From: Spizellomyces punctatus DAOM BR117 | Taxonomy: Eukaryota | Direction: 5' to 3' (one strand) | Assembly (NCBI GenBank): GCA_000182565.2 | Contig: KQ257461.1 | Length of the DNA stretch: 64,000 nucleotides | Shown here: in pieces, positions 50,650 to 62,281 of the stretch | Layout: each line of letters begins with the position of its first letter | How positions within the stretch are numbered: position 1 is the stretch's first letter | The notes under the pieces: model-generated | The model's input: only the letters and a program-made list of their open reading frames with translations | What the model was told of the DNA's origin: nothing | The model's database searches: none | Translations under genes and position numbers: made by a program

Positions 50650-53600
50650 TTATCCAACTACAACCACCTGCTCAATGTCCTCTTCATCCCACCTGGTTTC
50701 ATAGCCTTCCTCCTCCTGCTCCTCTTCAACCCAAACCCCACCGTCATCAGCGTCTTGTACAATATGTCCGTCATCCAGCTCATCTTCTACGTGTTCAACT
50801 TCACCCTCCTGATCTACATGTTGATCACCCGGTACAGTATCATTTCTTAAAATTCGTTGCGAAAACCGTCGAAAGAGTGTAACAGCTTCCTCTTTCTGCG
50901 CTTCGTAGGTTTGTCCCTCAACCTGCACAACAACCGATTCCTCTTTGCGCTTCTTCCAGCTCCTTTCTTCCACTTCCCGCCGCTTTCGCCGCGCCTCTTC
51001 CCTCTTCCTCCGCAGATTGTCAGCAACTGCATCCTCAAAAGCTCTGAAAAACAGTTCAAGCATGATGAAAACATGAGTAGGCTGTTTCTTTTCCCGTTGG
51101 CCTTCTGGAACTTTTTTGTATGGTTCCCCAAACTCCACGTAGGTGTCCAAGTCTTCGCCGAGATATTTGGCGGCTGTTTTCCAAGCAGTCTTAAATTCGG
51201 CAGTTTTGGAGGCCAGGGTTGCCATGAGAGCTGTCATCCGTGCGAAAAACGGTTGGAGTGAGCTTGTGACGTAGGCGGCCGTCGTGGGATCAGATGAAAA
51301 TGTGTGCGATTGGAGACGGGCTAATGTAGATTCGAGCGACCGCATCTGTTGAACCATGTCGCGCATATCGTAGTGCCGAATTTGTTTGAGGAGAGAGAAG
51401 TCAGAGGGAAGGTCCAGAACCTATCGATCATAAAAGTGAGTCACTCTCAATAAATACAAACGTAAACCACAGCGCAACTTACATCCCCTCTCGACCTTTC
51501 AACCATATCCACCAAGAAACTCATCAAACTCCATTTTCCATCCGCGCTTTTGACATCCCTCAGCCTCGCCAACCCATCCACTTTAACACCCAGCGCTCGT
51601 GCTTCTTTGCCCATCCAAGGTCGGAAGCCCGCACCTCCCCTAGCTCCATTCGAGTATTCATAATTGGTCAAGTTTCCCAGTTCCAATACACTCCTTAGCA
51701 ACACTTTGAGCTTTTCGCTCGTCTTAATCTCTTCGCATACCGTGATACATTTATCGAGTTTGGACACAATCTCCGTGACTTCGTGATCAGCTGAGGCGTT
51801 CAAAAGGGACGCTGTCACCATTTCAGTGATGTCGGGCGTCTGCATCATCTCAATCATGAACTGCTCCGCGGGTGCCAAAGGAGGTGCGTCGGGTTTGGGA
51901 GGTGAGGACAAGTGCGTATGGAGCATAAGACGTTCCTCTGGAGTCGGCAAAAGCTTTTGAACCATGGTGAGATCATCGGCTGAGAGCGTTTCGACGTCCA
52001 TAGTGCGGACTGCCTGTACGATTTCGAGTGTCCCAAGACCCCGGCGGGTAAACCGGGAGAGACCGATAGAGACATTGTTAGCGCGTCGAAGGTCGAGAAG
52101 ATTAGTGAATTGGGCTCTGGAAATAAATAACCGCATTATACACAACGTTTCATAAAATATACATGACACGTCAGTCAACGTACCTCTGGACCATTTTTGG
52201 TTTGGTCTTGGAAGGATTATCTCTATCCGTTCCCGGAACAATACAAAACAACTCTAAAAAAAATCTTGTCAGCGCGACCCACTCTAAAAAGTGTCTTGAA
52301 CACTACAAACCTTCAAAACGTTGCACATCCAATTGAACTCCGTCCTCACCGACGCCCACAGCCGGTGCAAGTTCGTTCCAGACAGACCCTTCCACATCGC
52401 GGATTTCGTCCCAATGGACTCGAGCTCGGACACGCGGCTTGGAGGTTGATGGGCTTGATGGCGTAGACATGGGGAGCGCTCCTGACGCAGGTGGTGGTGG
52501 CGGGGGAGGAGGGGGAGGGGGAGGGGGTGGCGGCGGTGGTGGAGGAGGAGGGGGAGCGACAACAGGCTCAGATACCTCCTCAACATTCGGACTACCAATG
52601 GGAGGCGGCAGCAGATTTACCACGCCCGCCAATACAGGCCTCGTGGTTTCCGACATTGACGACTTTCGCACTGGAGCGGAGGGAGATCTCCTCTCTGCCT
52701 TCTCTGGCCGCTCCGCCAACCCTGGAGGTAACGGCCACGGCATCGGACTCTTTTTCTCCCTGTCTGGACTCCCAACCTCAGCGGCAATGGCCTTCAGCTC
52801 CCCCATTAATTCTAACAATCCCGCCTCGCTTGCCGTAGACCGCGCCCCACCGGCAGAACTCGAACTGGAAACCGACGCTCCGCGCATACTCTTCATTTGA
52901 TCCAATACCTCTTTTAAGGATGACGTCGCGCCCAAATTCTTTCCATCGTCACCGCCATATCCGGATCTCGGAGACCCAAAACTTCGACTCCGCCGTCTAT
53001 TTACACCTCGTTGGATTCCTGCCCGCTCTCCTCCCTCCAGTCCCACATCCGAACCTCGTCGCCCCTTCTCTTCGCTCGTTCGCTTCCGTCCTATGGCCTT
53101 TGCGGCCTGTTCCAACAACTCTTCCATCCTCTTAATAGCACGTCCCGTCTCCGTAGGACTAGTCGCCTCCTCATAGACTTTTGGGACTGGGGAAATAACG
53201 CCCATGCGTGCTTCGTGGACTCCAACCCCTTGCAATGGACCTGTTTGATCTACGTCCCGCGCGGTTTCGGGTGATTTACCCCGCCCACCTGATGAAGACC
53301 CAGATGAGCGAAGAGAGTCCGCGGCTGGTGATCCTGTAGATACCGAACTCGTCGATCTTCCCGAAGAGGCAGACGTGACATTTCGCGGCGCAGACGTAGA
53401 CTTGGAATCTTCGCCGACGACGTGCCCCTGGTTGGGTAAGCCGGCGGTCGGCTGTTTTGCATCATCCAGTTGCCTGTTGGTTGGAAGTGGATCCCCCTCT
53501 CGAGGTGCCGCAGCGAGCGACTTACCAACCGAGCTAGACCCATTGGCACCTTCTTGGCCACGCAATTGCTGAATATACTTTGTCGCGGCCCGAAGGTCAT

Positions 53601-55196
53601 TGTTTGTCCGTTGGAGCGCAAAACAGGCTGGTCATATCAATTGCGGTTAGTAAAAGACTAGGGTACATCAAGCGGGATGGAACTCACCCAAGATCCGAGA
53701 AGTTCCCATTCCCTCCAATACATTCAACGCCGACTCCTTCACTCTAACGCCATGTCCAGCAACCAGCCTAGCCAAGCATCTCGTCAAACCTCTGTCGAGC
53801 ATCTGAACATACCCACCCCCCGTTTTCACTACCGCATTGCTACTTTCTGAAAACACCAAATAAACGCAAAACTGTTCCGTCACGTGTCGCAACTCTACTT
53901 CTCGTGGGGCAACTTCCAGATCCCGCTTAGCGACGCGAATGACGCCGGGTAGCATGAAGCCGGTATGAAAGGACAAGCTGGCGATGGTGGTCACTTGTGC
54001 CGAGTTTAATACTGGGTCAGGTATGTGGAACAACCGTACTTGGATATCCGAATCCAGAAACAGCTGTTGATCGGGTGATATGCGAAACACTGTTTTTCCC
54101 GTCACATCTACGTAAGCTGATGGTGTTGACCCGTTCACCACATCCTCACCGCTCGCATATTGTCTCGAGCGAATCAAAGACGAATACACCATCTTGCCGT
54201 TCTGGTATACTTCCACACTAGGTTCATTTACAGCCTGCATTCCTTCCACAATCACGCGATGAAGTTTCAGCACCTTGGGATTGGGTAAGCTTCCACCCAG
54301 CTCCACAATATGATTGAAATACCCAACGTATCGCCTCAGCGCAACCGTAGCCCACGCCGCCTCACCACGAGTTCGTCGCCGGATAAAGTATTCAAATGCC
54401 TCATTCGCATCCATAAAGGTCTCGCTGTATCGAAGGTAACAGGCAATCGCCACCCCCGTCCGTCCCAATCCCGTTGAACATTGAAAAACCGCAACGTGTC
54501 GCGGGTCAAGGGATAGCCAAGCGTGTACGGATCGGCAAATGTCAAATAGCGTACGCAAGCTCATGGCGTATGCCTTGGATAATCCAAATGAAACAACTTG
54601 GTTCCCAAAATGCGTGGTATCGTACGCTCCTGCCACAGTGTCGCCTATATGGAAACCCGCCATGTCAAAGTCGATTACGACAAAACGTGAACCCCCAAGC
54701 CAATGCACTACTCACCAGCCAAATTCCAAACCAGATATCTTCCCGGATACCTCGTATTCAAAAATCTCGCAACATCGTCCACATTGTTCCTTCGACTCCT
54801 TTTATCCGTCCGCTGCTTCCAGCACGCACCCATGGCAATCAATCGATCCGTTATGCGGGATATATCCAGTCGGTGTAACAGTTTGCGGAATTGGGGGTCG
54901 TCGGGGATTGGTGGTGGTGCAGTGCCTGGTGCGGGTGGGTCCAGAGGATGAGAGGTGGGGTAAAAGTCATCGTGGGTGAGGAGTGGCCGGACGTATGTGG
55001 CCCCTGCATGTTGTGTTAAACATCCGGTAAAGTTGACGTGACGGACGTGTACAAACCTGTGGAACCTGTGCCCCACACATCCTCGCTACCCCTCCGTTGA
55101 CTCCCAGAAGTGACCTAGACGATCAAGCAAGACTCGTCAGCGACTTTGGGCTCTTTGGATCTTCAAATATCAGTAACTCACCTGTCCAAATGGCAT
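50650..55196 (-). CDS. Formin with N-terminal PTEN/tensin-like phosphatase and C2 domains, poly-Pro FH1 and FH2
   Basis: PTEN-like: LDISRITDRLIAMG...RNNVDDVARFLNTRYPGRYLVWNL, AWLSLDPRHVAVFQCSTGLGRTG, RRYVGYF. C2: LKLHRVIV..LSFHTGF. Long poly-Pro run near 52490-52555. FH2: RVHWDEI..SVW, RRANNVSIGL, VLELGNLTN, LARLRDVKS. Confidence 0.9.
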
Positions 55197-55582
55197 ACAA
55201 AATCTACTCGATACAATCTAGGGACAGCGCTACAAAGAGCGCACAGAGACAATCACGAACCCGTGCAGAAACCCCTACTACTATAACCACTTGTCTGTAT
55301 CCCAATGTCTAACAAACCATCAATAGTTGCGTAATGGCAACAATCTACTCTGATCTCTAAAATGCTAATGTCAAATCCCGCCGCTCTCTCTCCAACCTTC
55401 AAGGGTGCAGCACCAGGGTACAATGTCACGTGATTAACAAGGGTCGAACTTCAAAAAAAGTTAATACGATGCCAAATAAATCTATTCCAATGTGTGAAAT
55501 CCCTTCTACGCACTCCGAAAAACTAGCTACCCCCCAACTATATACACAAATAAATCATATAACGTTTATCAGATTGCAGAGC

Positions 55583-58500
55583 CTATGCTTCTACGACGAC
55601 ATCTCTCATGATTCGCTCTCCATTAGCACTCTGCATTTGAGCGCTTCTCGCCCCTCTGCTTAGGTTCCCGCTCAACGGTTGCCTCACCTCAAACGCACCC
55701 GTACCCCCTTTCACCACTTTGCCAAGTACGAGTCGCGCTGAAGGAGATTCCAAGGGATCAAAATCTCCAGTCCTAAAAATCAAGGTATGACAGTCAATAA
55801 ATGCTCCTGAAAGAAAACCAAAACAAGATACATACAAGGTCGCCGTTGTCAAAAATGATGTAGTAGTTTCAAAACTCATCTGCGCAAACGGGCTAGGGTT
55901 TGATGCCATTCCCATACGGTTGAATGGTTTGTATCCTCCTTCAAAAGTCATGTAATCCGCAATCAAACTCAAATGCCGGTTGTCGACATTGATACCATAA
56001 ACACCAAAGACGCTCGCGATTTCTTGCATAATAGCTGCTCGCGCGGCTTCAACACCGTAGGTGGACAGAACGGCCGCAATGTCGTTTGTGTAGATTTTGG
56101 TCACATCAATGAGATTGGCAAAGTCCCACATACCGCGCAGATTGACACCATCTGCACCAATGTTGACCGAGGTATCGTTTTCCGATTCATTGGGGAGAGG
56201 GTAGCTTCGTTGTATACCGCGGACTTCGTGAATGACGACTGAGTGGCATACTTGCTCCGCGAGAGCTACCATGAGCAACTTTTTGGTATTGGCCGCAAAC
56301 TATGGAATTAATCCAAGGTTAGCATTCAGCTCTGTGACTGCGCAACCTAGTTGTGTGTCACTCACCTGCATTGTCAATTCGCACCATCGACCTCCCTGGT
56401 CCATCTTGTAGCCAACAACAAATTTGCTGCTCTCCTTGATTTTCTCCTCTCTTGTCTTCTCATCCGCATCCACGTTCTCCTCGGGCTCACCATCCTCGTC
56501 ATCGCTCGCACCATCCTCCTGAGATATGGCCTCTTTAATGACCTCCTCATCTTCCTCATCTGGAGCATCATACGATGCATGCTGAACCCTATTCTTTGCT
56601 CGCTTTGCATTCGCAGCATCTCCATCCTCTCCATCAACATCGGATCCGGCATCCTCCTCATCATCTAACCCTCCCTCTTCCTGGTCCTTTTTACCTTTAG
56701 CCTTTGTATTGCTCACCCCATCTTCATCATTATCGTCCCCAGTGCTGCGGCGTACCTTGCCGCCACCCTCATCAAAACTGCCCAATCCGACCCCAATCTT
56801 CTCATCGTCCTCAGCATCATCAGATTTGCGTATCTTTGCTTTCAAATCTCTCACAATGGCCCTTTCCAAAGCCGGCACAAATCGCTTCTCAATCACGCGT
56901 CCAAGGTCTTCGACAGTGAGCCCATGTTCCTTCTCATAAGCCTTACGCGGCCAGAACTGGAGTCGAAGCGTCAAAATCTTCTTTCGAGTCAGATCATCCC
57001 CCTTGCCGCTCAACTGTTCTCGCACCGTTACACCTTCCATAACCTGACCAAGAACCAACCGACTGATTTGCTTGCAGAGCTTGTCGCCCTTGTCTTTGGC
57101 TCCCTCCAAAAGAGGTAGTCTCATCATCGGCGTTTTGATCGATGCGGAAGCCGTCATAATAATTTCACGCAGACGAGGGATACCAAGGGTCACGTTCTTG
57201 GCACCGAAACCGGCAAAATGGAAAGTGTTCAGTGTCATTTGGGTGGAGGGTTCTCCAATACTCTGCGCAGCGAGCAGTCCAACCGCCTCTCCAGGCTCCA
57301 CAAGAGAGTTCATGTATTTTAGATTCATCAGCATTTTGAACCGGGCATCCGATACCGGTTCCCCAGACCATGCTGTGTGCTTGCCATCGGTCCCATTCTT
57401 GGCTGTACCTTTCTTCTTGGAAAGCAATAACCCCGCGGGATTCTTTTCAACATACGTGTCCAAGTCTTCCGCAAACTTTTCGCTGACGGCTCCCAGTACC
57501 CTACTAGGACTGAACCTCTCCAAAACGGGATCCGTGTTTGTCTCTTTTCCTTTACGTATCCTCTTTCGCACCCGATCAACACTATCAGTATCGATATTCG
57601 CCTTTGCAAGCCGCTTGGGGTCGTATCGCTTAACAAGTGCTCGGTAATTCATGGCGCAGAAATCAAACTTTGTCAAAGTCTTTTGCTTTGTCACGTCCAA
57701 TGAATCCTCGCCGTAATGAAACTGGACCACAGACCCATCCGAATCCCGGACCGTGTGGTCGTAATGGACGCGTAAACCTTCCAGTGGTTTGATTAGACAT
57801 CTTTGAAGATATCCAGACCGAGATGTCTTGACGGCAGTATCGATCAACCCCTCACGACCAGCCATGCAATGGAAAAAATACTCTTGTGGCTTGATGCCAG
57901 TCAAGAAACGTCCCGTGATAAATCCACCGGACCTTGCCGCCGTATCAAACGGTAGGAAACTAGGTAACGTTTTCCCAGAAATCATTGTGGGGACACGACG
58001 ACCCTCCAACTCTTGTTGCCCCAAGAGGCACGAGATTTGCGACACGTTCACGTTGGAACCCTTAGCACCAGATACTGTCATCATCTGCATGTTATTCCTG
58101 GGGAAAGGTTTCAAGAGCTGATCCGGCACGGTGCTGGAAATGATATTCGAGGTCACGCGGTTGGTCTTGCTCTTCATTGCCGCATCCAATCCAGCCATCT
58201 TTTCATCGACTCTCAATACGCCTTCTAATTTTTGCTTCAGACGCAGCTCGCCTTCGGGTCCTTGAACAAGAGGCTTTCCATCCTTATCTTGTAATCCGAC
58301 GTACTCCATTACAGCTTCACGGCCCATCGTCCGAGACTCTTGGATCAATTCTCGGCGTTTGTTATCGCCAGAGGGCGTTAAACGCAAATCGTCCATTCGA
58401 CACGAGAATCCCACCATTTGGAGGTAGGAAGTGAACAAGCGTCCAAGGATTGACAACAGTTTTCCCGCATAGGGTGGACCGTAAATTTCGTAGACAGCAT

Positions 58501-61313
58501 GAACCAGACCGTTCGCGCTGGCACCGAACTGCGATTTGTCCAGTACTCCGGTGAGGAGATGTCCGTCCATGAAAAGGACAGCTTGCTCTTCAGGTGCAGT
58601 GGGACCCCAAGCCTTTGCTGGAATTCTGGCTTTAGATTTGAGATTGAGTGGCTCAGATCCTGCAGTCAAGTTCAAGAGCACTGTAGTAATCTAGAATGAC
58701 AGAAATACGAGTCAGTTAAAACACGCGACAGTATATCACGGAAATAGAAAGGTGCTGCTACTCACCACTTGTTTTCCCGTCCACAACATTCTCGGCCTGT
58801 AAAAGGTAGGCTCGATCGTGACAACTCGTCCACCATCCCCAATAATCAACTCTTGTTCAATGTTACCATTCCCAACTGTGTTTCCAGCCATTCCTTCCGG
58901 TCTCAAGCAAGAATAGACGAGTTGCATGTACTCCTCTCTGGTGAAAACAGTGTCTCGACTACACATATCCACACCTGCATCGACATGGTCCTGGATCAAA
59001 CCACGTAGAACACCGCCGTCTGTAGGTACAAGGTACTGCTTGTCGGTACGTGCAATCAACATGGCCTCTGCTCTGCCGATTTCATTTTGAGGGAAATGAG
59101 CATTCATTTCGTCACCGTCGAAATCGGCATTGTACGTGTTGCAGTTGGCATAGTGCATTCTAATGGTTTTCTCTCCGGGCAAGACACGGGCAGTATGCGC
59201 CATGATAGAGGGCTTATGCAACGTAGGCTGACGGTTGAGTAGTAGGAAATCACCGTTGCGGAGATGACGAAGCACTTTTTTATTAATGTGAGACTGATGC
59301 TGAGCTGTAATGAACGAAATAGAATATTAAAACCGGATTTGCTTCAAAAACGTAAAAAATCAAATCTCATACCATCGCTCGTTGTGCCAGAAATGGTTGG
59401 GGTGAGCAACTGATTCGCAATTGCCGTCCGTCCACCTTCATCAAAGATGGCCAAGTTTACCATCGTGCCATCCTCGTTTTGAACATGGGTTGCGCCGGGC
59501 CATTTCAGCGGGCCATTGATTACTGCCCGTCGCAACTCTTTCACGTTATGATGGGTTACCGGTTCCGGGTACGTCAATTTTGTGGCAAAGACTGGTGGAA
59601 TTCCAATTTCGCTCGTCTCTATATAAGGGTCAGGACTAATAACACTACGGGCCGCAAAATTGACACGCTTTCCCATCATGTGTTTACGGAATAATCCCTC
59701 CTTTTTCTCAAGCAGCTGTCGGATACCCAAGGGAGCCATCTTGCCCCCAGCAGTCAGGGGTGCTTTCGAACTGTCAATCAAGAAATTCACGCTCATTTGC
59801 AACTTGATCCATGCTTCCACAGTGCGCTTCAAAAACTCTGCTTTGCGGTCTCGGTATAGCTTGCTATCTTTGTCAGCAATAACCGCCAACGCCTCTCGTT
59901 CCTGGGCTCGCAAGTCCTGAATCATCAGATTTGCTTTGAGAACCTCGGTAAGATGTGTGTTCTGGGGATGCTCGTACAACATGTCGTTCATTTTAGAAAC
60001 TGGACGGAACCGGGTGGGGGTGACGGACACAACATCCAAGAAAAACATGGTCCAGCTTGAGGTCCGCGCTCCGTTCTCTACAGACGTGGCACCGTATAAA
60101 AGATCGAATATCGTTTGTTCCCGCGCCCACAGTAGTTTAAAATGCTCTTGAACTTCCATGGGGGTTAAAAACTTGTCACGGTTTGCGACAACCTCAGTTT
60201 CCTCTTCCTCGTCGTCTTCCTCGACATCCGCAGCAGTATCTTGAGCGGATAATGACCTAATACTTTGTATACCCATTGAACGGGCATCATCAATGTCCAT
60301 AGAGTCGGGCTTGGGGTAGGTCAAATTTTCTTCTTGGACTGCGTCGGATGCTGCAGCAGCAGCACCACCAAAGAGCTTCTCAAATTTGAGCCCTCGGGCA
60401 TCCATAAGGGACTTTTGCTTAGTACTGAGCGATTTTTGAAATATCTTGTGTTCCCCTTCTTTTCTGAACTTTGGACTTTGTCCCCGGCAGTTGCTACAAC
60501 TATTACTCGGTATGGCCCCAAGGAATTGTCGCTCCAATTTCCGAAGGTTTTCAGTGATCAATGTTGCTTTCCGTAACACACCACTTTCTGGCATGTTGGC
60601 CAAACATTGCTCCACATAGGCATCTATTCTCGCCAACGTTTCTTCTTCCGTTTTCGGCCCGGTACCAAGTTCCTCATCAATATCCATGCCATTCTCCTCC
60701 CCTTCCTCTTCCTCGCCTTCATCCTCATCTCCCTCCTCAGCTTCATCATCAATCAACTTTGTCTTTTTGTTTTCTTTCTTGGCCTTTTTGGACTTTGCGC
60801 CTCCGCCTATCCGAAGACCTTTCAGGGACACAGCTTCATCAAGGCCAGCGGCTTCCGTAATGAGACCAGCGTAGATCAGTTTAAGCTTTGCGCCAAAGTG
60901 GGCAATGACTATGCGGGAGGAACGAAGACGGTGGCAAAAGAAACAGAGGGATTGTAGGAGTTTGTACATGAGTCGAAAGGTGATGGGATTATAAACAGGG
61001 GCCGCGAGATCAATGTGACCGAAATGGCCAGGACACGAAAAGTAACCGAGGGAGCATGTCCCACAACTGCAAAAGAAGACAATCGTCAGAATGTACGTCA
61101 GATGTAACGCTCACAATACCACACGTACCTAGCACCCTTGTCATGCGGTCCCAAGCACGGGTCATAAAGACCGCCTTTAGTAGGATGGTTTAAGTTGTCA
61201 AACAAGAGGGGATTTGTGATTTGCTTCACCGAAAGTTTACGAATATCATTTGAAGTCAGGAATGAGAATGCCACTGACGTGACCTCTCTGGAGACGGGAT
61301 TCGCAATGTTCAT
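55583..61313 (-). CDS. RPA1: DNA-directed RNA polymerase I largest subunit
   Basis: [58 protein letters not shown], catalytic [34 protein letters not shown] and [12 protein letters not shown]. Confidence 0.97.
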
Positions 61314-62281
61314 GGTGGATTTAGAGTCCACCCGCCGCCGGAAATGCCAGAGTTGGAGATGACCAAAATGCGCGTTTTGGCTTTGGCGGAAGCGGTGACC
61401 AAAGGACGACGGTACGGTGCGGATTCAGTAGTTGGGACTAAATGTAGTGTCCTTGGAGTTTATCTCTGTCAGAACTGACCCACACCTGCCCCACACTGCA
61501 GTGTATCGTAGTCGTCGTCCTCGTCGTCGACCGAGATCGGAGTTTCCTAAAGGAGTCATTCGCACGACAAAAATAAAAATACACGTGAGAGCTCTTGTTG
61601 CCATGTCAACTGAACTTTGGTCTTGCAATGACATCCTTGTGGCCTTGTGGATGAACTGGATGGTCGATGGGAGGTAGGCAATACGCACAGGAGAGTCAAG
61701 TATGGCGTAATGGAGGGGGAAGCCTCTCAAAAAAGGACCTTTCAGGAAATGGCTCTGGCCCAAGCACATGTTTGCCAAAGATACTTTTATTGCAATGTCA
61801 TTGAATGTCCAAATTCATGAACATTTTCAGCTAGCTTGTAAATATTGATGGGAACATGCTGTTTGAACCCAATGCTCGTATGCAGACCTCAACATGTCTC
61901 TAACCTTGAATGGATAGAGTCTTTTCCCGAGTATGGACCCAATTGCAAAGACCTTTATGAACGGCTAAGCCTCTCACACTTTCCAATGATGACATCATCT
62001 CCCATTTCACACCTTTTTTGACTTTTAGCTTTCAAAGAGTTCATTCAAGAGAAATGACCTCACTGATTGGGGGGAAAAGCAAGGTAAGCAAGGTTTAAAC
62101 GGGGGGGCTTTTGTTCAAAAGAGTTACTTTTTCCGCATTATTCCAGAGGAGCGATAAGTGTGTGCATAATGACATCAAAGCTACATTTATAAATAAAAAA
62201 GGGCAGCGTTTCCTCTTTTTTGGCTATCTCTACGTTATCTACAGAGTTTATTATATTTCTTTTTTTTTTTTGGAATAAACA

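Noticed and set aside
52439-52900. Poly-Gly ORF and G-rich tract on the plus strand
   Set aside because: This is the reverse complement of the formin FH1 poly-proline run.
55773-55835. Apparent 21-aa hydrophobic insertion near the RPA1 C-terminus
   Set aside because: It is a 63-nt stop-free GT-AG intron; removing it restores ATLTGDFD.
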